This document shows positions 29,040-38,779 of a stretch of 64,000 bases of DNA, piece after piece (the first letter of the stretch is position 1; each line of letters starts with the position of its first letter). Origin of the DNA: a virus (Duplodnaviria > Caudoviricetes); IMG/VR virus record IMGVR_UViG_3300023048_000001, positions 32,001-96,000 of that record; one strand, given 5' to 3'. The notes below the pieces were generated by a model. The model was given only the letters and a program-made list of their open reading frames with translations. It was not told the DNA's origin and did not search any database. A program made the translations under genes and the position numbers.

Positions 29040-32000
29040 TCATGGAGAAACATATCGGGTAGCAGTTTTAATGATTAAATTTCCCCACATGAACTGTCCA
29101 CCAGAACCAGACTGAGTTGTATTATCAAATGTTATCAATACGAACTTATCATTGTATGGGAAAGCTACCGGCCACGGCTGTGTGCTTCCACCACCATCCT
29201 GTGCAGCATCAAGATTACCAAGGAAATTCATTGATGAATCATAAACCAGCATGGTTGATCGGCCACCAGTTAAGATATAATCCTGACCATTAACAACAAA
29301 ATGCTTAGTTCCTTCATATCCTTGGCGGGTAGTATCCGCACCAACCAAAGTCCAATTGACAAGATCAGTTGAAGTTGCTAGTGCAGCATAAAAAGGTGAT
29401 CCGCTGAATGTAGTATTATCAACTATAGTGTAAGCTAATTTATAAGTGGTTCCATCGAACAGCATGCATGGATCATATGTGCCAGCATCAGCAGATAGTT
29501 TTCCCGGTAGATTTAGGATAGTTCCATTATTAAGAGTAAATCTACCACCACCAATTAAATTGTCAGTTGTGTGGAAATGTTCTACCTGAATAGTACCACC
29601 CGTACCAAACCCATTACCCCACGTAGCAAGATACATTTCAAATGAACCATCAGCATTCTTAACTATCTGTCCTGCAATATCTGAGGTTAGTACACCACCA
29701 CGTTCAATGATTATGGCAGAATCTTGTGAAACGGTGTAGGTAGTTAAATCTAATGAATAGACACCGATATAGCCAGCACCAGATGAATCAAATGAAGTCG
29801 CTGAGAATTGAACAACACCATTTGTGATAATTGGGCTATTGTCTGGATTTACGACAATGGAAAAATCTCTCATCTTCGAAGTACCGCAGATTCCTGATTT
29901 GAAATCTGAATATTTGAACGTAGCTGACTCTCCACTGAGTAGGCCAAATGCTGAATAGAATGTATTGATGGCAGTTGGATTCTCCATGAATGCAAATTTA
30001 TTATTTAAAGAATAATTTTCAGAGGTATACCATCCCGCCCCAATATCGTAATAAGAAATCACAGTATCATTTATCAAACTCATACCAATCTTAAATGGCA
30101 CAGTTGGTATACCAATCGATACACCATTAGAAAAGTATTGAGTACCATTTTGTTTAACCATAATAGATAGGTAACCATTCTGATTATTAAAAATTACACC
30201 TACGAAGTTATTGGCATCCTGAGCAACACCCGCAAATGTAATTTGGTAATTTGATGCACCAGATGGCATTTGTGTAATAGTGGATGATACGAATGCTTGA
30301 GGTGATACTAGAGGATCGCCCTGACCTAATAACGTTATAGAGGTGACTGCACCATTTATCGTTAGATTGGTGCCATCAGTATTATATGTAGATAGGCTAT
30401 CACCCAAACTTATTAAGTCTGTTAAACTAGATAAGTTATTATTAAAATCCAACGCATTACCCATAGGCTGAATATCAAAGTTTGATACTGTAGCCGCTGT
30501 AGTATAATGCTGGGATAACGGAGCTACTTCAAAAACTGCTACTGGACTTGCTGTTGGTGTTACAGAAGGAGTAGGCGTTGGCGTTATAGAAGTTTCACCC
30601 GTTGGCGTGAAACCAACAGGAATTGGATAGTCGAATTCGCTGTTTAGTGTTATATACTGGAAGTTCTGTAAACCATAATAGGTTGAACCGCCGAATTGGA
30701 ATATTGCGGAGCCGGGAGTAAACGTTTGAGTTGGATTAGTTCCAGTTGACGGATCACTATCATCAGCCCAAGTTCCGTTTAATCCATACCAGATATAACC
30801 AAGATCAAAGTCTACTGCCATCATGCATAGGTCACCTCTATCAGCAACACCTAAGTTAACCGAGACAATATCGCCCGTAGCATTTCTCAACACAACTGGA
30901 TTTCTATACGGTTGGATACCATAACCACCTGTTGGATTATCAAGTGATTGATAGGTAGAGGTGGTCGGCATCATACCGTACATTGGCCCCTCAAGGAAAG
31001 CTTGCGCAGTACTATTAGCTAGGAATTTATAACCCATGATATACTTACCAGTGGTAAACTGTCTTATGGATTTAACCCAACCATGCCCCATAGTATCAAT
31101 TTTATCGGCTTCATATTTTGATGGGAATGTATATAGATCATTTCCCGTGCTTAAATCCATAGGGTTTAAAGATGTTATCAAAGTACCTGAAGTAGTAATG
31201 GATGGCGTAGGGCTTGGTGATGGTGTAGGACTTGGTGTTTGTGTTATAGAAGGATTTTGAATGGCTAATGTTGCATGTGCCGCAACACGAGCAGGTGTAA
31301 GAACCCTGCTGTAATAAGCAAAGTCACTACCAAAGCCAACAGGAATATCACTATACTGTAAGCGGCCCATAACGTTCATTCTACCATACAGGGTAGGCGT
31401 TTCATTCACGGTAGCAGAAGCTACAAGAACACCATTTTCATATAGACAAGCTATTTTTGTGAAATTATCAAAGGTAAACACCACATGTAGTGTTTGCCCC
31501 AACGAATTAGTGTTTGGTGAAATAATATCTGTGTTCAACACACGCGCATTTAATGTACCATTATTATACCAAATAGCTGTACCACCACCCAAGTTATCCC
31601 ATTCAGCACCCATAATAATCTTATGGGTAGCACCACCGGTAATTTTAATGATAGCTTCAAGTGTAAATGAACTTGAAATTTCAGTAACCATTGGGCAGTA
31701 TGCAAGATTTGTCTCAACTGCAAGAACATTTGCCGATGCCGATGAACCATATCGTAATGGTGATGATCCAAGCTTAAGGTTGGTGGATGTTGAATATATG
31801 CCAGTATTACCATTCCCTGAGCTATCAATCATAGCTGTTGAACCGCTTGCTTCATCTAGTTTCCAATATGCTGTTGGACTATCAGACATTACAATACCTT
31901 CATATGTTGTAGGTAGAGGTGATGAAACAGTCACAGATGGTGTGATTGTTGGAGTCATTGTTGGAGTAGCAGTCAATGATGCTGTTGGAGTAATAGAAAG

Positions 32001-33947
32001 GTTAACTGAAATGGTTGGAGTAACTGATGGTGTAATAGAAATCGTCTGTGTAACTGATGGTGTCACAGAAATGGTTGGTGTGATCGTTGGCGTAATAGAT
32101 ATCGTTGGCGTAATTGTTGGTGTAATAGATATCGTTTGTGTAATTGATGGTGTTACTGTAATAGTTGGGGTGACGGTTACAGTAGGCGTAGGTGTAACTG
32201 CTGGTACTAATGGAAAGAACTGTGCAGTTTTATTTGTTGAATCATAGACCAGTGTACCAATGTCTGAACCATCAACGTTACTTGCTGAATTACTTTCACA
32301 GTTTACATAAATGACAGCATCGTTAACTAATAGACCACCAACGTTAATAAAGTCAGTACCAGACTGCTGCATCGATCCACCTAAGAAGCTCTGGAATTGA
32401 ACGCCAACGTTACCGGACACGCGCTGACCGTACCAGTTCAATCTTAATCTAATCGTAAAGTCTTCCTGTGGGTAGTCATCAGCTAACTGGTTGAAGTTAA
32501 CTATAACAGCCTCAGGACCACTTGGAGAGGTATTGTCGCCACCCCATGTCAAATAAACGCCATCATTAGTCTGACGACTCCAACCTACATCTACATCGCG
32601 TGCTGGATCAATAATAGCAGTTCTTGTATCCAAGTCAGTACCATCTGATGGAGTCCATGTGTAACGAACCAATGCAAAGTCAAATGGCTGGTTAAATGAA
32701 CCCGGTGTTGATGATGGCGTAATCGTAGGTGTAGGTGATGGCGTTAACGTCAATGAACGAGTAACTGTTGGCGTTGGTGTAGGAGTTGCCAATGGTGTTG
32801 AGCTAACTATAATTGTTGAAGATGGTGACATTGATGGTGTCAATGAATGTGTTGGAGAAATTGTAGGTGTGACTGATGGTGCTGGTGGAATAAAGTTCAC
32901 CGGCTTAACCATAAGAACATCTGGATATGTCTTTTCAACATTCGTAGGAGCTACAAAGAAATCAGTCGAATCATATGAGAAATAGTCAATATCGTTGTCA
33001 ACCATGTTGGCAACGTCAATAACTTTGTCCTTCACCTTGTCATTTGAGGTGAATGGAGTTGTGGCAAGCATGATATACAAGCCTTCTGGTGGAATCGGCT
33101 GTAGAACACCAGTACCGTAATCGATTCTGGTGATTTTAAGCTGTGTACCAGAAGGAATATCACTGAACTTCAAACTATCACCCCCAAGGGTTCTGAAGTC
33201 TAGAATGCTCTTACTGAATAGGTAATAGTTTCTACGGCGGCGAACAAGGATTTCGTTCCAACCAGCCCAAGGTACTTCAGTAAGGGAGTTTGACAAGTAT
33301 TCTGTACATAGTTCTTCTTCTTCATTTGGCTTCTTGATGCTTACTTCGATACGAATAGGAGTGTCGTCCAACTTGTAAGGGAGTGCAGGAGTAGGAAGCA
33401 ATGAAGGTGGATATTGGAATTTAGTAAGGTACTTAGGCACCGCGAAGGTAAAGTAGCCTTCAGCAGTAACCTGAAATAGGGCCACATCGTTAGCAACCAT
33501 CTGAGGGGTAAGCTTGATTGAGCTTCTTGAAACAAGCTGAGCTTTACCATTGTAGAAGTTATCAAATGTTACACGAATCTGGTTCTTATTAACGAATAGT
33601 AGGCTATACTGGTCAGGATCATCAAGTTTTTCTAATTTATTGTTTACATCGTAAACATAAATGGTGGTAGCTGGGTTTGTACCCAAGTCATGATCAATCA
33701 CCCAAACGTTGTTTGGAAGAGTCTGAGTATAATTAAACAGAACACGTCTCTGACTATAATCTTCCAGACCGGGAACCTCTGAAGGGAATTTCTCTCTGAT
33801 ATTATCAGGATTTCTCTTCGTTTTAAGAAGTTTCCCTTTGCATCCATAAGTGATGACACATTTAGAGAATGTGGTTAGACCATTACTGTTTTCAAGTAAA
33901 TCAATATCTCTATCACATATATTACATTTATATGTTAGCGTTGCCAT
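29040..33947 (-). CDS. Multidomain virion protein: Cys-containing N-terminus, TP linkers, LamG, SPRY-like and C-terminal glycoside-hydrolase-like propeller
   Basis: PTAYWKLDEASG (LamG); AVDFDLGYIWYGLNGTW (SPRY-like); YDP...TSTDLVNWT...YEG; late motif 33977-33984. Confidence 0.7.
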   Translation of the reverse strand: MATLTYKCNICDRDIDLLENSNGLTTFSKCVITYGCKGKLLKTKRNPDNIREKFPSEVPGLEDYSQRRVLFNYTQTLPNNVWVIDHDLGTNPATTIYVYDVNNKLEKLDDPDQYSLLFVNKNQIRVTFDNFYNGKAQLVSRSSIKLTPQMVANDVALFQVTAEGYFTFAVPKYLTKFQYPPSLLPTPALPYKLDDTPIRIEVSIKKPNEEEELCTEYLSNSLTEVPWAGWNEILVRRRRNYYLFSKSILDFRTLGGDSLKFSDIPSGTQLKITRIDYGTGVLQPIPPEGLYIMLATTPFTSNDKVKDKVIDVANMVDNDIDYFSYDSTDFFVAPTNVEKTYPDVLMVKPVNFIPPAPSVTPTISPTHSLTPSMSPSSTIIVSSTPLATPTPTPTVTRSLTLTPSPTPTITPSSTPGSFNQPFDFALVRYTWTPSDGTDLDTRTAIIDPARDVDVGWSRQTNDGVYLTWGGDNTSPSGPEAVIVNFNQLADDYPQEDFTIRLRLNWYGQRVSGNVGVQFQSFLGGSMQQSGTDFINVGGLLVNDAVIYVNCESNSASNVDGSDIGTLVYDSTNKTAQFFPLVPAVTPTPTVTVTPTITVTPSITQTISITPTITPTISITPTITPTISVTPSVTQTISITPSVTPTISVNLSITPTASLTATPTMTPTITPSVTVSSPLPTTYEGIVMSDSPTAYWKLDEASGSTAMIDSSGNGNTGIYSTSTNLKLGSSPLRYGSSASANVLAVETNLAYCPMVTEISSSFTLEAIIKITGGATHKIIMGAEWDNLGGGTAIWYNNGTLNARVLNTDIISPNTNSLGQTLHVVFTFDNFTKIACLYENGVLVASATVNETPTLYGRMNVMGRLQYSDIPVGFGSDFAYYSRVLTPARVAAHATLAIQNPSITQTPSPTPSPSPTPSITTSGTLITSLNPMDLSTGNDLYTFPSKYEADKIDTMGHGWVKSIRQFTTGKYIMGYKFLANSTAQAFLEGPMYGMMPTTSTYQSLDNPTGGYGIQPYRNPVVLRNATGDIVSVNLGVADRGDLCMMAVDFDLGYIWYGLNGTWADDSDPSTGTNPTQTFTPGSAIFQFGGSTYYGLQNFQYITLNSEFDYPIPVGFTPTGETSITPTPTPSVTPTASPVAVFEVAPLSQHYTTAATVSNFDIQPMGNALDFNNNLSSLTDLISLGDSLSTYNTDGTNLTINGAVTSITLLGQGDPLVSPQAFVSSTITQMPSGASNYQITFAGVAQDANNFVGVIFNNQNGYLSIMVKQNGTQYFSNGVSIGIPTVPFKIGMSLINDTVISYYDIGAGWYTSENYSLNNKFAFMENPTAINTFYSAFGLLSGESATFKYSDFKSGICGTSKMRDFSIVVNPDNSPIITNGVVQFSATSFDSSGAGYIGVYSLDLTTYTVSQDSAIIIERGGVLTSDIAGQIVKNADGSFEMYLATWGNGFGTGGTIQVEHFHTTDNLIGGGRFTLNNGTILNLPGKLSADAGTYDPCMLFDGTTYKLAYTIVDNTTFSGSPFYAALATSTDLVNWTLVGADTTRQGYEGTKHFVVNGQDYILTGGRSTMLVYDSSMNFLGNLDAAQDGGGSTQPWPVAFPYNDKFVLITFDNTTQSGSGGQFMWGNLIIKTATRYVSP

Positions 33948-33983
33948 CCATTATCACCAAATTCGGGTTATCCACCTATTTAT

Positions 33984-35270
33984 TTAATTTGGTTGCCAGT
34001 ATTTTTTGATACGTTCATCATTTACGGAATGTGGTCTTGGATTCCCATGAAAACAAACAATACGGGCATTCTTAGGGATTTCAATCTGCCCTTGCTTATT
34101 AATGCAATGTCTTTTGTAAGATACGATCTGATTAGGGAACATATCCTGAAGATAATCAATAGAAGGCTTGTTTTCATCAATCCAACGCTGATCACCTTCA
34201 CGATAGCTGGTAATAATTTCTCTGGAACGTGGAACGAATCTAGTATAGATCAAATTAGTTTCAGTTGGATTCCATGACATGACACCACTTCCTAAAGAAT
34301 GTAGAGCATAGAAATCACGTAACCCAGCAAAGTTTCCTCGGTACGAAACAATTTCATCTATATTTCCAGTAATGATAGTGTCCAAATCCATATAGAAGAC
34401 ATGATTGGCAAACTGATCATGCTTAAACAATTCAAGCTTACCCCACCATGTAGGATAATCATTAGAGAATGGGATCACTCTATCAATATCTTTAGAGAAT
34501 CCAGTTGCATTGTCTGTTATACACACAATTTCATGATCAACAGTGATATTCTTCTTGATGCCCTTGGCAAGTGCATTTACATAATCAGCATTGTAAATCT
34601 CACCACCAGTTTTTAATACCATAGCAATCGTAACTTTTTCAGGTCTTTCGAATTTAAAGTTTAGTGGACGTTTGCTGATATCAAGACATTTGATCGCAAT
34701 AAATTGTTCCTTGCGACCATCTACCATCATTTGACGTGAAACATTGATGTCATCAGCATGGCGTGCTAAGAAGTCTTTAACTGCCATATGCTGCGAATGA
34801 TTGTGCCCTTCATCAAAGTCTGAAATATAAATGGTTCCAGAATATGTCATCTTTGTCCACAAATAATCCAATGCAAGTGAAGTAATGTTATTCTGTTTAA
34901 GATCGACTACAGCAAAGCAGAATGTCGTGTTCGATGGAATGATATCATTTAGGTCATGATACCCATTTGTTTGTAAAATCGAATATTTTGTATCATCAAC
35001 ATTATTTCTTTTTAAATATGCAAAGACGGGCTGTGGGAGAACAGCGTACTGGCCTTTCTTAATTTCATTAAAATTTGGATGACGTAAATCATGCTTATCT
35101 GGCTCTGGTAGACCTTTGAAGGTATCGATACCATAGCATTTCTTATTAGTGTGTTTAACAAAAGTGATTAGGTCAATAAAGCTCCCACCATCATTGATTC
35201 TCAAATCTATGACATCACCCTGTAACTTTAGTGAATCTTTAAGGTGTAATTTTTGTTTGTTGTGCATCAT
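33984..35270 (-). CDS. Fusion: TylF/MycF-like methyltransferase (divergent) plus GT8-like glycosyltransferase
   Basis: YGIDTFKGLPEP; WWGKLELF, FYMDLD, SGVM, GDQ, CFHGNPRPH; ATG 35270 coupled to upstream stop. Confidence 0.75.
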   Translation of the reverse strand: MMHNKQKLHLKDSLKLQGDVIDLRINDGGSFIDLITFVKHTNKKCYGIDTFKGLPEPDKHDLRHPNFNEIKKGQYAVLPQPVFAYLKRNNVDDTKYSILQTNGYHDLNDIIPSNTTFCFAVVDLKQNNITSLALDYLWTKMTYSGTIYISDFDEGHNHSQHMAVKDFLARHADDINVSRQMMVDGRKEQFIAIKCLDISKRPLNFKFERPEKVTIAMVLKTGGEIYNADYVNALAKGIKKNITVDHEIVCITDNATGFSKDIDRVIPFSNDYPTWWGKLELFKHDQFANHVFYMDLDTIITGNIDEIVSYRGNFAGLRDFYALHSLGSGVMSWNPTETNLIYTRFVPRSREIITSYREGDQRWIDENKPSIDYLQDMFPNQIVSYKRHCINKQGQIEIPKNARIVCFHGNPRPHSVNDERIKKYWQPN

Positions 35271-35950
35271 AATGGTTTGGATAACTTCTTTACGGCTGCT
35301 GATAGGGTATAACGCGGAAAGCAATCAATATTGCTGGTTGGACTCGCATTGATAACTTCGATATTGGCAGCTTTCAATTGAGTTAAAGTTGATCTGAAGA
35401 TAGATGGTAAATGACTTAGTGATCGGGTGGTCTTCTTTTCATTATAGAAATATCCAGCCGATGCATCGAGACCAAAGAAAGCAATTCGTTTAGGTCGTAA
35501 ATGATAAGCCAAATTCAAAGCACCAAATCCTGAGTTGCCAGTATTGATACAACTTGGGTCTTCATTTAATCCCCAAGTGAGCATATCGTATGGTTTAACA
35601 TCAGCACAACTATGAAAAGGAATTCTATGCAGGTAATTGATGGTTGGGTCAGCTTCAATCTTATGATCACCACTTCTTGCATCCATCATCCCGTAATCTT
35701 CTGGAACAGCAGAAAATAGATCACCAGTGAAACCCTTTGGAATCTGGCCTTTGGTTAAACCCCAAGGATCAAGAGTGAACCATGCATCAGCATAAGGAAG
35801 GTACTTACCTGCATCATTTACGGCAATGATGTAACCCTTATTTCTCAAGTTCTCAAAATTAAAATTCATTAAACTTGGACCCGAACAGACTATGATTACT
35901 GTGTCAGGACGTAATGTTGTGTTGACTCTTGACCATCTGATACCGCTCAT
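35267..35950 (-). CDS. Maf/DUF115 (GT42-like fold) putative glycosyltransferase
   Basis: IVCSGPSL, IAVND, NSGFGALNLA, IAFFGLD, VINASP. Confidence 0.65.
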   Translation of the reverse strand: MSGIRWSRVNTTLRPDTVIIVCSGPSLMNFNFENLRNKGYIIAVNDAGKYLPYADAWFTLDPWGLTKGQIPKGFTGDLFSAVPEDYGMMDARSGDHKIEADPTINYLHRIPFHSCADVKPYDMLTWGLNEDPSCINTGNSGFGALNLAYHLRPKRIAFFGLDASAGYFYNEKKTTRSLSHLPSIFRSTLTQLKAANIEVINASPTSNIDCFPRYTLSAAVKKLSKPL

Positions 35951-36897
35951 TCATGATTCCTTAGTAATTCTTGATAGAAAATACTATTCTCTACCTTCAC
36001 CGCGTTAGACAAATCACTCCAATTCATTTGTCTTTCATATAGTGAAACAATTAAATTCTTTCTTTCTTGATCAGAATTTAGATTTCTGGATGTAACACCA
36101 GCACCCAAACTGATTACGTTAGAATGATATAGCATCGTCTCGATCAATACTGTGGAGTTGATCCCAACTACCATATCTGCATAAGGTATATAGTGGTGAA
36201 CATCACCCTTTACCTCTATAAATTTGTCATAATTTCCTACGTTTGCTGGGACAAGTGGGTGTCGTTTGAAAAGAATATCTCTATCATCATACTGATAGAT
36301 GTCACTAACATATTGCATTAACTCATCCATCGTTTTAAATGGTGAATATTTGACAATCTGAGTATCAGTCTCTACCTGTAGTGGGACAAAGATGAATGGC
36401 TTATCATGAAGCCTATTCTTTTTATTATCTTCTTGTAATTTATTAATTAGTGAATCAGTATAATCTACATCTTTTGATTGTAGGGGTGATGATATGTTTG
36501 ACAACCTGCAATTGACACCAACAAGATCGAAATAGCATGTCTTTCCATAGTGATTGAAGAATCCTAGCTCACCATAGATAATTTTTATACCTCTGGCCTT
36601 CAACGTCTTGATTGTCAATTGGTCGGAGGGTAGGTTTCCATTCCATATAAAAGAAAAGTCAGGTTTAAATCGAATAGCATTGAGGTAGGCATCAGCATTA
36701 CTTTCATTAAAAGTATCCAATTGATAGACTTTATTGTAGTCATCTGTAACAGCGCCAGCCTTGGTGTGACAAATGATATAAGTTTTATGTCCCATTCTTT
36801 CTAATGTATTAGCTAAGTCTTTAAATAGACTAAGAATAGACTTGTAATTCTGAGCAGTTTCATGATTATTTAAAGCTACAGTAAAAAGGAAATTCAT
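35947..36897 (-). CDS. KpsS/capsule-biosynthesis-like (GT107-type) glycosyltransferase
   Basis: IWNG, ELGFF, D..GVN, FVPLQVETDTQI, FKRHP, INSTVLIE. Confidence 0.75.
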   Translation of the reverse strand: MNFLFTVALNNHETAQNYKSILSLFKDLANTLERMGHKTYIICHTKAGAVTDDYNKVYQLDTFNESNADAYLNAIRFKPDFSFIWNGNLPSDQLTIKTLKARGIKIIYGELGFFNHYGKTCYFDLVGVNCRLSNISSPLQSKDVDYTDSLINKLQEDNKKNRLHDKPFIFVPLQVETDTQIVKYSPFKTMDELMQYVSDIYQYDDRDILFKRHPLVPANVGNYDKFIEVKGDVHHYIPYADMVVGINSTVLIETMLYHSNVISLGAGVTSRNLNSDQERKNLIVSLYERQMNWSDLSNAVKVENSIFYQELLRNHE

Positions 36898-37361
36898 TAT
36901 CTGTACCTTATAAATTTGGCAGGTGATCCCGCTACAATGGCTCTAGCCTCTACAGATTTGTTAACGAAACTGTTGGCTCCAACGATACAATCATTATTGA
37001 GGACAATGCCATGATTGATGGTACATTGACCACTTACCCAAACGTTGTCCCCAATCACCAATGTACTTCTAAGCATCTTCTCTTCAATCAAAGGAACATC
37101 TGTAATCTGGTGAGAAGAGGCCAGTAAGATAGTGCTTGGGCCGATCAACGACCCTTTTCCAATGGACATCTTGCCAGTACATTGAATAAAATTATGATAT
37201 CCAATAACACTCTTTTCACCAATCTCAAGTTCACCTTCCATTTCTATAACAGTATAGGCTCTGATCTGGACCTTATCACGTAGGATGATAGTCCCGCTTC
37301 CGATAAATTTTACCGTTGGATCGATTCTAACGTTATTTCCTTTGATGATATCTAATGTCAT
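36897..37361 (-). CDS. Hexapeptide-repeat sugar O-acetyltransferase
   Basis: Left-handed beta-helix repeats; IGDNVWV, IVGANSFV, IVAGSPAKFIR. Confidence 0.9.
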   Translation of the reverse strand: MTLDIIKGNNVRIDPTVKFIGSGTIILRDKVQIRAYTVIEMEGELEIGEKSVIGYHNFIQCTGKMSIGKGSLIGPSTILLASSHQITDVPLIEEKMLRSTLVIGDNVWVSGQCTINHGIVLNNDCIVGANSFVNKSVEARAIVAGSPAKFIRYR

Positions 37362-38092
37362 TATAACTCTTCTCTAATAAGTTTTATTTCTGGATGAATT
37401 TTTGAATATTTATCCACTAGATTTAGGTAGTGTGGATAGCCAAGATTCTTATATTCTTCAATATCTTTAAATGGTTGCCTATTAGGGATTATTTTATTAA
37501 AGCTGCTGTATCGGGTCTGACTCAATAAATGAATAATAGGAGAACTTAAGGCGAAGGCTACTTTTTTATTCTTTCTATAAAGGTTTTCAAAAATAAAATC
37601 ATCACCACAATAAAAATCAAGAACAGAAGGAATATCCACCCATTCTGACTTTCTAAAAGTAAAATCCCAACCTTGTCTGGTCTTTTCATCAAGAACAACG
37701 TATGAGAGTTCTTTTTTAGCTACAGTCCAATCTTTATGATTAGTTGGGTGGATTACACAGGAAACATCTGATTCAATATCAAAAATTTGTCTTGTATCAC
37801 TTAAAAAGTTAGAAGGGATGCGAATATCATTGTTCAAGAAAGAACAAACATCACCTTGCGCTATTTTTATGAACTCGTTCCATATAGCGTTCAATGGCCT
37901 GTTGAAGCCATTCTGTATAACTACGTTACCTTCGGCCATCATCTGGTCTAGGAATGCCTCTGTACCCGGTTCTACGGAGTTCTGATCCACTATGATCAAC
38001 TCATAGTGCTTGTAATTTTGTTTCTTTAAATCTTTTACCAGATTCTTTGTATGTTCTAAACAATTGAAGTTGACGATTAAGCAAGATATCAT
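37361..38092 (-). CDS. GT2 family glycosyltransferase
   Basis: ISCLIVNFN, ELIIVDQNS, FLNNDI, CGDD. Confidence 0.85.
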   Translation of the reverse strand: MISCLIVNFNCLEHTKNLVKDLKKQNYKHYELIIVDQNSVEPGTEAFLDQMMAEGNVVIQNGFNRPLNAIWNEFIKIAQGDVCSFLNNDIRIPSNFLSDTRQIFDIESDVSCVIHPTNHKDWTVAKKELSYVVLDEKTRQGWDFTFRKSEWVDIPSVLDFYCGDDFIFENLYRKNKKVAFALSSPIIHLLSQTRYSSFNKIIPNRQPFKDIEEYKNLGYPHYLNLVDKYSKIHPEIKLIREEL

Positions 38093-38736
38093 AAGTAGTT
38101 CTCTAGTTTGTCTTTTCTAAAGCAATCAAGAGCCGAAGATGGTGAACAGTTGACCACATCAATTTTCATATTCTTCAGACCCGGTGCCATGCTGTTGATA
38201 GATGGGATGAACATATCATCATAAACATAATTGCCCATAGGCAGACCATGACCTTCATGCCAGTGAGATTGTCCACGGGATAGTTTCATATCGTAGCCAA
38301 GAAGGATGATTCTTTTCACCTTAATATTGGCTAAAAGGTTTAACATGTGTGCCCCACTGTTATTTCCTCTTACGTTATCAATATTCATGTCAATCCCATA
38401 GTCTCCTGTTCTGCGAAGAACAGTGGCATTTCCAGAGGCTAATATATTTCCTTTAATATAACCATCTGCACTATGCCTTGCAGTGAAACGAAGTTGACAG
38501 GAATGATTCATAACGTTATCATAGTGGGTTCCGATCCAGCTTTCATCGCACCAATACAGTGCAGTTGCATCAGGAAACTCTCTGTACGCTGTATTCAGAC
38601 AGATAATGTTTTTGCCTTTTAATGAAGATTTATCGACCATTTTGAAACTAGGACCACCTCCTATAACAAAAACGTCTCTACCGCTAACTTTATCGTAAAG
38701 TTGTTGTATTTTATCTCGCATTTTGCTACCATTCAT
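38089..38736 (-). CDS. Maf/DUF115-like putative glycosyltransferase (paralog of 35267..35950)
   Basis: VIGGGPSF, ICLN, NNSGAHMLNL, IILLGYD, VVNCSP. Confidence 0.65.
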   Translation of the reverse strand: MNGSKMRDKIQQLYDKVSGRDVFVIGGGPSFKMVDKSSLKGKNIICLNTAYREFPDATALYWCDESWIGTHYDNVMNHSCQLRFTARHSADGYIKGNILASGNATVLRRTGDYGIDMNIDNVRGNNSGAHMLNLLANIKVKRIILLGYDMKLSRGQSHWHEGHGLPMGNYVYDDMFIPSINSMAPGLKNMKIDVVNCSPSSALDCFRKDKLENYL

Positions 38737-38739
38737 CTT

Positions 38740-38770
38740 CTAAATACCCAATCAGTTACACCATATTTAG
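38740..38770. promoter_or_regulatory. Pair of face-to-face late-type promoters (CTAAATA on each strand)
   Basis: ctaaata 38740-38746 (+) and tatttag 38764-38770 (-) in a 43-bp divergent gap. Confidence 0.55.
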
Positions 38771-38779
38771 AGGCCAAAA

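Noticed and set aside
16085-33947. Diversity-generating retroelement acting on fibre tips
   Set aside because: No reverse transcriptase and no template/variable repeat pair seen in this window
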